This document shows, one piece after another, positions 49,301 through 58,030 of a stretch of 64,000 nt of DNA (its first letter is position 1; each line of letters opens with the position of its first letter). A program made the position numbers and the translations under genes. A model generated the notes under the pieces. It had not been told where the DNA came from, did no database searches, and was given only the letters and a program-made list of their open reading frames with translations. This stretch comes from a virus. The stretch spans positions 1 through 64,000 of IMG/VR virus record IMGVR_UViG_3300023179_000030; one strand, written 5' to 3'.

Positions 49301-50008
49301 TTGTGATCCGGTTGGTCCTTGTATACCAGAATCGCCAGGTGACCCTTGTGGGCCCTGTGGACCCCTGGGTCCTTGTGGGCCCTGTGGGCCTTGTGATCCG
49401 GTTGGTCCTTGCGGGCCAACTCCTTGCGGCCCTTGTACACCAGTTGGACCTTGAGGTCCTTGTGTGCCAGCCCCTGATGGGCCTTGCGGCCCTTGTGGAC
49501 CGGTTGGACCTTGGGGACCTTGAGGCCCTTGTGGTCCTGATCCCTGAGGTCCTTGTGGTCCTTGTGTACCTGTTGTACCTTGTGGACCTTGTGGACCTTG
49601 TGGTCCTACCCCTTGCGGACCTTGTGGGCCGGTGGGTCCTTGGGGCCCTTGTGGCCCTTGAGTTCCTGTACCCTGTGGTCCTTGTGGACCGGTTGGTCCT
49701 TGTGGGCCTTGTGGACCTATTCCTTGTGGTCCTTGGGGCCCTTGTGGACCGGTTGGACCTTGGGGACCTTGAGGCCCACCAGCTGGTCCTTGTGGTCCTT
49801 GTGGCCCTTGTACACCAGTTGGACTTGTCACCCATCGTCGAGAACCATCGATATTTCCCATCAATACGTAATTATTTGCTGCTGGTACTCCTAAATCAGG
49901 TTCGGCATCATTTAATCTAAGCCAAGTATATCTATCTGATGGTACACTGGCACTGGGTGTTTTGGGTACTTTACCGCTGAGTAAATTATTACTAATACGT
50001 TTAGTCAT
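46328..50008 (-). CDS. Second collagen-like + beta-solenoid fibre (1226 aa) with S74 autochaperone
   Basis: ~400 aa of Gly-X-Y, N.A.G..AL..NTTG repeats, and SDSRDKKDI...GFIAQE. Confidence 0.9.
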   Translation of the reverse strand: MTKRISNNLLSGKVPKTPSASVPSDRYTWLRLNDAEPDLGVPAANNYVLMGNIDGSRRWVTSPTGVQGPQGPQGPAGGPQGPQGPTGPQGPQGPQGIGPQGPQGPTGPQGPQGTGTQGPQGPQGPTGPQGPQGVGPQGPQGPQGTTGTQGPQGPQGSGPQGPQGPQGPTGPQGPQGPSGAGTQGPQGPTGVQGPQGVGPQGPTGSQGPQGPQGPRGPQGPQGSPGDSGIQGPTGSQGPQGPQGPRGPQGPQGDQGVQGPTGPGGGTGSQGPQGPQGPQGPIGPIGNIGPQGPQGPIGPGGGTGSQGPQGPQGPQGPIGPIGPQGPTGVQGPQGPSGGGGSQGPQGPQGPTGPQGPQGPIGPIGPIGNQGPQGPAGGPQGPQGPQGPTGPQGIQGNAGPQGPQGDPGGPQGPRGPQGPQGPIGPIGPQGPQGPIGPIGPIGNTGPQGPTGPIGPIGNTGPQGPTGLTSLATPINIGGVYGCTSTALTGSAALGYQALRNSTGNNNIAIGASALYSNTTGCRNTAVGTCALVLNTIGYDNTALGDGAMYCNTTGRENTAVGQSALFRNSGGYGNTALGICALRCNLANNNTAVGERALTLNGSGYQNVAIGNSTLYNNTQGYNNIALGQSALYVNTTGYYNTAIGPSALYNNSFGNNNIALGFSAMKDNTTGYQNIAIGHLALACSVTGVSNIAIGFSAMCKSAGGFYNIAIGNNSLANIQKPYNIAIGDSALCATTTGLHNVAVGISALTVNTTGCYNIAIGSYASYYNSRGNCNTALGSSSLYNNSIGSNNTAIGFQALYCNTTISMNTAIGASALYYNTTGYGNTAVGAFASFNNIYGNYNVAIGSCALLANTTGSSNTAIGVNALRCNLSGFTNTALGYAALKCNTTGTSNLAVGDSALCANSIGYNNTAVGSYALGANTTGTDNVAVGRFSLYSSTIGTYNIAVGGNALYTNTTGACNVAIGHNSLNWNSIGHNNIAVGHLALAANTNGYGNAALGTNALSTNTIGYYNTAMGKCALCGNTYGWGNTALGLAALSCNTIGCRNTAIGFTAGNSLVSGINNTFLGAGSYPAATNSSNSINLGDTNITVLRAQVTSITFLSDSRDKKDIEPIPLGLEFIRELRPVKFTWAMRDGAKAGIKEAGFIAQELLEVTERYGIKDWLSLVLEDNPERLEATPGKLLPVIVRAIQELDTKELSLEDKVLDLQKQILDLQNQIDKLKTRLSG

Positions 50009-50009
50009 T

Positions 50010-50339
50010 TTATATTGTCTCTAATAAACTTAAAGTTAACTTTAAAGCGTTATTTGCACTGACGTTCGCGGTAAAACTTTGCCCTGCTTGTAAAATTAAC
50101 TTACCAGTTAGCAAACCTGCTGCGTCAGCGCCGGGTATTGCAAAATTTTTAACCAACTCAGTGGTTACGCTGCTGCCATCGTAATGATTAGCAGTAACGT
50201 TAGCGGAAGTATTGGTGATGTTAGCCACTTGCGCCATTAATACAATTGTTGTTGTATTGGATGGTGTAGTGTAAATCGTCGCGCTAGTTGTTGTTAAATT
50301 AGCTGTTACTGTTTTAAACGTATTTAATGGAGTTGCCAT
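50010..50339 (-). CDS. Small beta-rich virion protein
   Basis: TIYTTPS.TTTIV...VAN...K.IL.AG pattern. Paralogue of 51589..51900. Confidence 0.7.
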   Translation of the reverse strand: MATPLNTFKTVTANLTTTSATIYTTPSNTTTIVLMAQVANITNTSANVTANHYDGSSVTTELVKNFAIPGADAAGLLTGKLILQAGQSFTANVSANNALKLTLSLLETI

Positions 50340-50342
50340 TTA

Positions 50343-51575
50343 TTATCCTTCAATGCTTAATATATACGGGGTCAGTACAGCAAATAGACTTCGATTAAAG
50401 TCATCCCCTTCAATAGTTCCAGTGGCTCTAACCATGGTTAACCCTGTACCGATTCGAAAATCTCCCTTTTGGTCTGTACTAGTAAAATTCACTCTACCAC
50501 CATTGGTTTGAACCACTTCATTGGCTGGGACAGGAATACCACCATATTGAGGTAACGCCGTTGCGGGATTTGTCCCTGCGCCAACATATTCCATAGTGTG
50601 TCCACTGGCACTTACTGTACTTACTGCATAACCGGTTGCGCTTGTGCCACCTGCAAATGAATTACCAAATCTAGAAGTTACATTGATTTGCCAGGTATTT
50701 GCTCCTATGTTTGAAAAAGTACTTATAAAATAAAGATTTGGGTCGCTACCAATTAATAGCCCATTGTTTGTTCTTGGAAAGCTGCTCATTCCAGATAATG
50801 TCACCGAAGTGTTACCAGCTTGAACAGCATTTAATACCGTACCGGTATATAAAGCAACTTTACCATCTGCCCAAATACCATAATTGCCTATGCTGCAATC
50901 ACTGCCGTTTACGGTAGCAAAACTACCACTTTCAATCTTGATCCCAACATCGGTAGCAATGGTATAAATGTTAACCATTTGGCTATAGGCTTGATTGATT
51001 AATTTTACCCCCACTCCACCAGTATTAATAATAGTCATAAACCCTAAGATCATGCCTTTGGTTGAGTCTGATGTACTTAAACTACCATCAATTAAAACGC
51101 AAGTACCGGTAGTTGTTTTACTGGTTATATTTTGTATATATGGACTGATATAAACGGTTAATCCGCCACCAGGTGGATAAGAAAAACAATTAGCCAAATA
51201 ATCTTTTACTGTTATACCCCAAACATATGTTCCTGCATTTAAATAAAACAAATCGGAACTTGGAGTGGCAGGTGTTATAAACACTGTACGTAGGTCTTCG
51301 CCCATTAGAGCCACATTAGCAGGTATAGTCACTGGATTTATTTCGGTATAAGATCCGCTGGCCACTTTAACTGCTGTACCACTGGTTGCTGCGGCCATAG
51401 CTGCTTTAATAGTTAGGAATGGGGTGGCTAGACTTTTACCATCATTTGAATCCGATCCATTTTTTGCCACATATAATGTATTGGAGAAATTACTGTTTGC
51501 CACAGTTAGCACTGGGCTGTCGTTGGATTTAACAGAATATGCTGACAGTGACGATTGTTTTATTAGTCTACCCAT
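50343..51575 (-). CDS. Pectin-lyase-like beta-helix virion/spike protein
   Basis: LYVAKNGSDSNDGKS..PFLTIKAA, V.SGSY.E..P and G.DLR motifs. C-terminal STDQKGDFRIG. Confidence 0.72.
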   Translation of the reverse strand: MGRLIKQSSLSAYSVKSNDSPVLTVANSNFSNTLYVAKNGSDSNDGKSLATPFLTIKAAMAAATSGTAVKVASGSYTEINPVTIPANVALMGEDLRTVFITPATPSSDLFYLNAGTYVWGITVKDYLANCFSYPPGGGLTVYISPYIQNITSKTTTGTCVLIDGSLSTSDSTKGMILGFMTIINTGGVGVKLINQAYSQMVNIYTIATDVGIKIESGSFATVNGSDCSIGNYGIWADGKVALYTGTVLNAVQAGNTSVTLSGMSSFPRTNNGLLIGSDPNLYFISTFSNIGANTWQINVTSRFGNSFAGGTSATGYAVSTVSASGHTMEYVGAGTNPATALPQYGGIPVPANEVVQTNGGRVNFTSTDQKGDFRIGTGLTMVRATGTIEGDDFNRSLFAVLTPYILSIEG

Positions 51576-51588
51576 TTTTTGGCCTTTG

Positions 51589-51900
51589 TTAAATTGTAGT
51601 AAAGCTTACTGTGGATGTACATACTGTGTTTGCATTGGCATTTGCGCGAATTGTATCACCAACATCTAAAAGCAATCTCTCAGAATTAATTACATATGTA
51701 TCCCCCGCTACTACCACTACGTTGGTGTATATTTTATTGGTATTCGATGGCGTGCCACCACTGGGGACTGCGTATAAATTGAAAGTCACATTGGCAGAGG
51801 TTGAATAATTTGCAATATATATTGCAGTAATGGCGGTATTCGCCGAACTCACAAATATATTAGCTGCTGTGGTTGTTATTAAAGTATTTTGTAGTGACAT
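51589..51900 (-). CDS. Small beta-rich virion protein
   Basis: Start at 51900 (MSLQNT). AIYIAN...LYAVPSG...ERLLL..GD.I.A pattern. Confidence 0.7.
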   Translation of the reverse strand: MSLQNTLITTTAANIFVSSANTAITAIYIANYSTSANVTFNLYAVPSGGTPSNTNKIYTNVVVVAGDTYVINSERLLLDVGDTIRANANANTVCTSTVSFTTI

Positions 51901-51904
51901 GTGA

Positions 51905-52426
51905 TTATCCAAAAATAATTGAGTATTTTAGTGCGGCTGCTGCTGTGGCCAATTCTCCAATTTTGTTTCCGGAATTGACATACAATCCGCTTTTACCTAA
52001 TTTAGATGTAAACCCAGTAATTGTTACATACCCTGGATTATAAGAGGGTGTATTGGTAGTTTCTGCAATTTTTGCATTAAAGCTAGTGACAATTGGGCCT
52101 TGTGCGCCAGATGCATCAGTTAATGTCCACTGCCCAGCAAATGTCCCGGTTTCATTCCAATAAAATGATGTTGTTGGTTGTGTACCTCGAATAACATTTA
52201 TACCGCTGCTGCCCGAATAAGGGCTATTTGTGGGACTTAAATTGGCATTTAGATTTATCACAGGTTGTATCGTGTCTAGATTAGCAAAAGTATTGCCGCT
52301 GACATATATATTACCGTTGATCCTAAAAGTATTTGTATTGACTATCACATTACCAGTGGGGTTACCCTCAGCTGGCAAAGTACTGATAGTATAGTCGCCT
52401 GTAGAAATTCGTTTAGTCGCACTCAT
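51905..52426 (-). CDS. Hypothetical virion/fibre-associated protein
   Basis: GNIYVSG...INLN...SGINVIRG...WNE fibre-type motifs. Late promoter upstream. Confidence 0.65.
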   Translation of the reverse strand: MSATKRISTGDYTISTLPAEGNPTGNVIVNTNTFRINGNIYVSGNTFANLDTIQPVINLNANLSPTNSPYSGSSGINVIRGTQPTTSFYWNETGTFAGQWTLTDASGAQGPIVTSFNAKIAETTNTPSYNPGYVTITGFTSKLGKSGLYVNSGNKIGELATAAAALKYSIIFG

Positions 52427-52444
52427 GTTTTGTTCCAGTTAATG

Positions 52445-52451
52445 TATTTAG
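52445..52451 (-). promoter_or_regulatory. Late promoter box CTAAATA
   Basis: 18 nt upstream of ATG 52426. Confidence 0.65.
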
Positions 52452-52479
52452 CCAGAAAAAATTTAATCACAAGTAACAA

Positions 52480-52507
52480 GAAAATAGGCTGAAATCAGCC
52501 TATTTTC
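52480..52507 (-). terminator. Intrinsic terminator after 52528..53253
   Basis: Perfect inverted repeat gaaaataggctga-aa-tcagcctattttc. Confidence 0.8.
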
Positions 52508-52527
52508 ATGCTTGTGTTGTGTCAAAA

Positions 52528-53253
52528 TTAAGCGTTATCAACACGAACCAATGTAACTGCTTGCCAGGCTGGCTGACTAGCCAATACTGCTGCACCTGTT
52601 GTGTAAGGAGCGCCTAGATAATAACGCCATTTTGTATTAGCCCAATCGGTTACATATTTATTTGTAAGGGTTTTTACATTGAATGTTTCACCTATGTTAG
52701 CCTGAGCATTAGTGACTGTTTGTGTAGTACAGCTTACGGTAACATTTGTAGACGAATTTACAGCAACTACGGTTACGTTGCCTGTTAAACCCGTACCAGA
52801 TAATTGATGGTTAACACTGGGAGTAGCATATCCTGTTACATTACCTGACACCCAGGTAACATACGCACTGGTGCGATTGGTTAAACCCAATGGTGTTGCA
52901 GCACCCACGTTGGCAATGTTTGCACCGGTAATCGTGTTGACATTAGCCAAAATTGTCATGGTATTCGCGGTGCTTAGTTCTGATGCTAATAGATTAACTA
53001 TTGATGCTGTTGTTGTATTGGCACCAGTTGTGTCAACCACTCTATGTTTTCTTTCGCCCTTTTGTTGTTTAATATAACCAGTATACAATGTGCTTCCTAG
53101 ATAAAAACTTGCACGAATAGTCGCTGGTGTAGTAATACTAGTATTACCACCTGTACCCCCAATGTTAGTACCGTTAATTGTAATAGGACTTATATAGTTA
53201 TCAACTTGAGCGTTAGTTGCACTGTTGACTTGCGTTATTTTTAATTTTGCCAT
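52528..53253 (-). CDS. Probable abundant virion (head-decoration-like) protein
   Basis: 241 aa, T/N-rich, GYIKQQKG.RK motif. Monocistronic, with its own late promoter, structured leader and terminator. Near the capsid gene. Confidence 0.6.
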   Translation of the reverse strand: MAKLKITQVNSATNAQVDNYISPITINGTNIGGTGGNTSITTPATIRASFYLGSTLYTGYIKQQKGERKHRVVDTTGANTTTASIVNLLASELSTANTMTILANVNTITGANIANVGAATPLGLTNRTSAYVTWVSGNVTGYATPSVNHQLSGTGLTGNVTVVAVNSSTNVTVSCTTQTVTNAQANIGETFNVKTLTNKYVTDWANTKWRYYLGAPYTTGAAVLASQPAWQAVTLVRVDNA

Positions 53254-53330
53254 TTTCTTTTTCCTTGTAGTGGTAGCGTTCTAGGCAACCCGGAGTGGCT
53301 CTCACGGGAATTCTCATTAACATAGAACAT
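53254..53330 (-). ncRNA. Candidate structured cis-regulatory 5' leader RNA
   Basis: GUUCUA (53323-53328) pairs with UAGAAC (53278-53283), enclosing the hairpin CCCG-U-GAG-AGCCA-CUC-CGGG (53289-53308). GC-rich inside an AT-rich spacer. Confidence 0.45.
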
Positions 53331-53333
53331 ATG

Positions 53334-53340
53334 TATTTAT
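53334..53340 (-). promoter_or_regulatory. Late promoter box ATAAATA giving a ~75-nt leader
   Basis: The predicted start site falls at the first strand of the leader stem. Confidence 0.65.
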
Positions 53341-53434
53341 GCAAAGACAGGAAAATATAAGTTTTGACTAAGTCAAGAAAAAGCCAGAATTTTATCAGTG
53401 CTAGTCAATGAGGAAGCATTAACTTTTTAGACCA

Positions 53435-54940
53435 CTAGTCATTAGCCAATGAGGTATCGTAAATCCATTTTGAATGCCCACAATCCCATATCCTGTAGAA
53501 TTTTCTTTCGCGCATAATCTGGTGTTCAGTTTTTGAATTATCCTCAATGTTTTTAGCTATTGCTTTTTTAGTAAATATAGACCTGTGATATCTGTTAACA
53601 AAATCAGTATAAGCATAGCTGGGTTTTAAATGGTCAGGTGATAATTTGAATTTTAACTTTTTATAGACATTGCCGGTTCCCCATCTCATGTCACAGTAGG
53701 AAATAACTTTGTTAGGTTTAAAATCCTTTAAAAACGCTGCAAATAGCTTACTGGCGCCGCCTATCACTGTTCCAATACTACAGTATCGTATTAATTCAAA
53801 ATCAGAGGTTTTGTCATATCTTGGTTTACCAAAAGTCATAACTGCAATCAATTGATCATTATAATAACATCCATAAGCAATCTTTGCTACAGCATTGCCT
53901 TGAATATGCACATCCTGAATAAAATATTTGGCTGTTGATATAGGTATAGTCTTAACCTGGCATTTTCTGGCATATATTTTTGTATCCCTTACTAAGATAT
54001 TATTTAGACGTCTTTTAACAATATCCTGCCTTTGAACCCATTCGTCCTCGAATATGGTAATTAATCGGTAACCCTTACTATTGCACAGATTCATCTTATT
54101 AATATGATAATTTTTATCGGTTTTGTGAGCTTCAGAATGCCAATATAATCCGCAATATTCTATGGCGATCTTTAAATCAGGGATTACTATATCTAATTCC
54201 CAAGGATTAATTATACTTTTATTAGACTTTTGTACATTAGACCCAACAATAGATTTTACATATTCATATAACTCATTTTCCTGTTTACTAGTATACGAAG
54301 GCATATAAGGATTGCAGATTTTGCATTTGGGGACATGCCCATTATCAATATAATCATTGAAAATATTATTGCACTCGCAACATTTAAATTGATAATGTAC
54401 ATGCCCGCTGACTCCTTCATATTCAGATTCTGGGGTTACAAATTCAATTGAAGCAATAGATTTGTATTTGTTATTTAATTTTTGGAATGCAGTTTGCTTG
54501 ATTGGTCTAGTTTTTCTTATAAATGATTTGTAATATTGTTCGTGTTTATTTTTTGCTGTCAAAGTCTGGCCATTATTAGTAACGCCATATTTGTCTAATG
54601 TGGTTTTAATCCTTTTTTGAGAAATATGTTTTTTCTTTTGTTCGGAATATTGCTTTTTTGTGGAAGATACCTTTTCTGATACACTTTTTGCAGCACATAT
54701 ACATACCCCAGCTGCGCCACAAAACCTATACCCCTGATTTACTGAGTTAAACTTTTTGATAGCCCCTAAATCACAGATGTTGTTCACATCATGCAATGCA
54801 CTATAAATCATCTCAGAGTAATTTACAGAAACCACTTTGGAATTACTTACAACCCAGGTATTTAATTCTGAATCATTTTTTATGATTTTTGAAAAATTCT
54901 TGGGTTTGTTGGCAATTATTTCTAATATTTTCTGTTTCAT
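53435..54940 (-). CDS. Free-standing homing-endonuclease-like protein (Vsr/PD-(D/E)xK-type domain, Zn ribbon, C-terminal GNAT/Mom-like domain)
   Basis: KYGV motif, CCEC...CKIC, SKQE, ELDIVIPDLKIAIEYCGLYWH and IFEDEW, then ELIRYCS...GGASKLF...SYCDMRWGTG.VY. Confidence 0.78.
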   Translation of the reverse strand: MKQKILEIIANKPKNFSKIIKNDSELNTWVVSNSKVVSVNYSEMIYSALHDVNNICDLGAIKKFNSVNQGYRFCGAAGVCICAAKSVSEKVSSTKKQYSEQKKKHISQKRIKTTLDKYGVTNNGQTLTAKNKHEQYYKSFIRKTRPIKQTAFQKLNNKYKSIASIEFVTPESEYEGVSGHVHYQFKCCECNNIFNDYIDNGHVPKCKICNPYMPSYTSKQENELYEYVKSIVGSNVQKSNKSIINPWELDIVIPDLKIAIEYCGLYWHSEAHKTDKNYHINKMNLCNSKGYRLITIFEDEWVQRQDIVKRRLNNILVRDTKIYARKCQVKTIPISTAKYFIQDVHIQGNAVAKIAYGCYYNDQLIAVMTFGKPRYDKTSDFELIRYCSIGTVIGGASKLFAAFLKDFKPNKVISYCDMRWGTGNVYKKLKFKLSPDHLKPSYAYTDFVNRYHRSIFTKKAIAKNIEDNSKTEHQIMRERKFYRIWDCGHSKWIYDTSLAND

Positions 54941-54968
54941 GTCCCTACGACTTTTTGAAGTTTGTTAC

Positions 54969-54996
54969 AGTATATATTAAAATCAAATAAAGTCAA
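54969..54996 (-). promoter_or_regulatory. Sigma70-like promoter TTGACT-N16-TATACT for the endonuclease gene
   Basis: Between the capsid terminator and ATG 54940. Confidence 0.6.
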
Positions 54997-55011
54997 TACA
55001 AACGTCAAGAA

Positions 55012-55037
55012 AAAAGCCCAGTAATTACTGGGCTTTT
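55012..55037 (-). terminator. Intrinsic terminator after the major capsid gene
   Basis: aaaagcccagta-at-tactgggctttt, followed by a U tract on the minus strand. Confidence 0.88.
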
Positions 55038-55060
55038 ACATTAAACACTAAGGTTTAATA

Positions 55061-56248
55061 TTACTGGAACGATAGGTTAGCTACCGAAATTTCGCTTACA
55101 TAGTCCCCAGCGTTACCTAGAGAAGATGCAGTGTTGGTCAATTCCACGTATCCATAACGTGTCATGAAGCCAACGACTGGTTCAAAGGTGCTGGGATCTA
55201 GCACAACTCCAGAGCTCATCAAAGGAATATATGGGCAGTAGAATGCCGCAGCATCAGCTTCGCTGGATCCTTTATATCCAACTAGCACTGGCTGGGTATC
55301 TGGTGCATAGCTGTCAACATAGATTCTCATAGAACTGTTTAGGGTTCCAACAAACTTAGTGTTTGTAGGAGCTTCAAAAGTTCCTTCTGTAGTGCGAGCA
55401 AATGCACTGGTTGTTGCGCTTTGTAGCACGGTTAAGCTAGCTGGACTTACCACAGCCCAGTTACCTGCGCCGCGACGTGTACGCTGAGCGATCAAGTTAG
55501 CTGAACGATTGATAAGAACTGCCAATGCGGCGTGTTCGTCACCAACGAATGTAGCTGTACCAGATACGCTGGCTTGATCGTAAGCGTAGTCAGTTGCAGC
55601 TAGAGCGCGCAAGCTTGCTAGAACTTCTTGATCAATTTCAACTGTGATTTCCTGAGCCAAAGCTGCCATAATTTCAGCTTCGATATCAAGACCGTGCATA
55701 GATTGTGCATCTTGTGCAGCTTCAAAAGTCCAACGAGCGCTGAGCTTACGAGTTTTTGCTTCAACAACTTGCTTTAGAATTTGCACATTGATCTTACGAC
55801 CTGGCAAGCCTTCTAGAGCAGTTACAGAGCTAGCACGGCCAGTAGTCAAGCTACCAGAGTATGCAGTTGCAATCTTGAATGGGCTCAATGCTTCTTCACC
55901 TGCTGCTGTGCTGTCACCGAAACCTGCATTTGGGCTGGTCGCAGTGGCAGTTTCTGCATAACGCACACGTAATGTGTGAATCTGAGCAACTGGTCCTGTC
56001 ATTGGTTGTACGCCAACTAGTTCATTGGCGATAACTGTAGGCATAACTCGACGAATAACTGGTAGAATAACACGGTTAAGTGTTGCTACGTTACCCACGC
56101 TTGTTGCGCCTGCGCTGGCAGCTTCTGCCAAGTGTTTACGGGTGTTTTCTAAGATAACGCCCATTGTGGTTTTGCGTGAACCGCTAAGACCTTCTAACAG
56201 GGCGTCTTTTGTTTCGCCCCAACGGCCTTCTAATAGTGCTTGTGTCAT
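55061..56248 (-). CDS. gp23: Major capsid protein
   Basis: IRRVMP..IA.ELVGVQPMTGP, VEAKTRKL.A.WT.E.AQD, EI..EID.E and FYCPYIPL...FEP.VGFMTRYG. Confidence 0.97.
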   Translation of the reverse strand: MTQALLEGRWGETKDALLEGLSGSRKTTMGVILENTRKHLAEAASAGATSVGNVATLNRVILPVIRRVMPTVIANELVGVQPMTGPVAQIHTLRVRYAETATATSPNAGFGDSTAAGEEALSPFKIATAYSGSLTTGRASSVTALEGLPGRKINVQILKQVVEAKTRKLSARWTFEAAQDAQSMHGLDIEAEIMAALAQEITVEIDQEVLASLRALAATDYAYDQASVSGTATFVGDEHAALAVLINRSANLIAQRTRRGAGNWAVVSPASLTVLQSATTSAFARTTEGTFEAPTNTKFVGTLNSSMRIYVDSYAPDTQPVLVGYKGSSEADAAAFYCPYIPLMSSGVVLDPSTFEPVVGFMTRYGYVELTNTASSLGNAGDYVSEISVANLSFQ

Positions 56249-56270
56249 TTATTTTTACTCCTGATTAGGG

Positions 56271-57368
56271 TTATTTAAGCCCTGCTAAACGCTTTATCTC
56301 AACTACATTATTATAGTCTGGTGATGCGTTGACTTTAGCAGTTTTATCACCTGTCACTTCTACACGACTCTCAGATACCATTTGCTTTTCAGCTTTGGGC
56401 ATTTGTGAGTTAGTAAGAACTGATGGTAGATACTTGTCAAATGCAGCCTTCAAATTGCTAGACTGCACGTTTTCAAGAAGCTGAACCATTACGGCTTGCT
56501 TCTCTTTGTTAAGAGGTTTCAGTAACTCATTTAGAGTTTCTTTGCGCTCTTGTGTTTCTTTTAAGATTTTAAGCTCACGGTCTCTTGACTCTATTAGAGC
56601 AGACTTCTTAGCCAATATTTTTTTAGCTTCTGAAATCTGTTTTTCTTTTTTCGCCATTGCGCTTGTTAGTTTGGCAATCTGTTGATTCTCATTGAGATGA
56701 GTGATTGCAAATTCACTGGCAAATGCTTCAAAAAGACGTCGGCCAAAATTGTTCTCACGAGCAATTTGGACATCCTCTTTAAGTTGAGTCAATTCTGAAT
56801 TTAGATGCTTCGACACTGATTCCTTGACTAACTTGGCGCTGGATTCCACAAATTTACGCTGTAATTGAGCTAGTTTTACCTTTGCTTCTTTTACTAGTTT
56901 AACTTTTGTGTTAACTACATCTTGTTTGTCTTTGGCAAATTCTTTGATTTCTTCGGCTAGTGTGTTGATTACAAACTGCTCTAAGCGACGTGTGGTGCTT
57001 TGAACTTGTTTGCGATCTTCATGTAATTCCTTTATTTCTTTTGATAAAGCACCCAATAGGAACTTGTCAAAAGTACCGGCGCTTTCTTGCATACGACGGT
57101 TAAAGCGAACTCTGTCAGCAGCAAGCTGATTTTTTTCTTCCGAAAATTCTAGAATTTCTTTTTGCAGACTTTCAGTGACCATTTTATCTAAAGCTTGTAC
57201 CATTACACCTTTATCGTGTTCATAGCGACCCGCGAATTCTTCGCGCAATTCTGCACGTAGTTGCTCTCGAGCTTCAGTTAATTTAGATTCCCAAGCTTCG
57301 CTGATAGCGTTGCGTGTTTCTTCATTGATGATGCCGCTGTCTATTAATGGTTTGATAACTTCAAACAT
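56271..57368 (-). CDS. gp22: Prohead core scaffold protein
   Basis: Coiled-coil protein rich in E/K, between protease and capsid genes. GRRLFEAFASE motif. Confidence 0.82.
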   Translation of the reverse strand: MFEVIKPLIDSGIINEETRNAISEAWESKLTEAREQLRAELREEFAGRYEHDKGVMVQALDKMVTESLQKEILEFSEEKNQLAADRVRFNRRMQESAGTFDKFLLGALSKEIKELHEDRKQVQSTTRRLEQFVINTLAEEIKEFAKDKQDVVNTKVKLVKEAKVKLAQLQRKFVESSAKLVKESVSKHLNSELTQLKEDVQIARENNFGRRLFEAFASEFAITHLNENQQIAKLTSAMAKKEKQISEAKKILAKKSALIESRDRELKILKETQERKETLNELLKPLNKEKQAVMVQLLENVQSSNLKAAFDKYLPSVLTNSQMPKAEKQMVSESRVEVTGDKTAKVNASPDYNNVVEIKRLAGLK

Positions 57369-57383
57369 GGATCATTTCTCCTG

Positions 57384-58022
57384 TTATATTTTTAAGTCTC
57401 TGATAAGGCGTTTTACTTCCTCAACCAAATACTTTTGTACCTTTTGATTTGCCCCGGCTTCTCTAGCCACCTCGAGTACCTTATGCCCATTACGCATGTT
57501 AAGTAATCCTTCATAGATAACTTTGGGATATGCGTTTGGTGCACTGGGTTGGGCAACAATATCAACTGTGACTATTTCAAAGTCACTAACATGCCCAGTA
57601 CTTTCGTTAACGTTTCCGCTACCTCTACTAGACACCCCTAACTTGACACCGCTTTCCAGCATTGTCTTGACTAGGTTCCCCATGGGGGTTGGTAATATTT
57701 TCAACTTACCAAACCCGTTGGGGCCATCCATCCACATATCAGTTATCATGTGTGCCACTCTGTCTAAGTTGATTTTTAAATCATCTGGATGATCTAATTC
57801 TCCCAAAACACTGTAACCATCTTTTAACTGAGATGCTATTGTTTGTACTGCACGACCTATCTCATCTGTAGGGTATACTCGTTGGTTAGCATTCTTTACA
57901 CCGCCCTGAATAAATATACCCTTCATGCAGAGATTCTTACCTTTACCATCATGAGTATCCTCTGCCAGAATTTCCATTCTGGCATTGTCAAAAGTAAGAT
58001 GTTCTCTGAGATATGTTGTCAT
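57384..58022 (-). CDS. gp21: Prohead protease
   Basis: GIFIQG..KNANQRVY, GELDHP, LGVSSRGSG and DIVAQPSAPNA. Confidence 0.96.
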   Translation of the reverse strand: MTTYLREHLTFDNARMEILAEDTHDGKGKNLCMKGIFIQGGVKNANQRVYPTDEIGRAVQTIASQLKDGYSVLGELDHPDDLKINLDRVAHMITDMWMDGPNGFGKLKILPTPMGNLVKTMLESGVKLGVSSRGSGNVNESTGHVSDFEIVTVDIVAQPSAPNAYPKVIYEGLLNMRNGHKVLEVAREAGANQKVQKYLVEEVKRLIRDLKI

Positions 58023-58030
58023 ATTAAAAA

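Noticed and set aside
32790-50008. Diversity-generating retroelement acting on the fibres (duplicated segments, Tyr/Cys variation)
   Set aside because: No reverse transcriptase in the window. Differences between duplicated segments are not confined to adenines, and both copies are coding.
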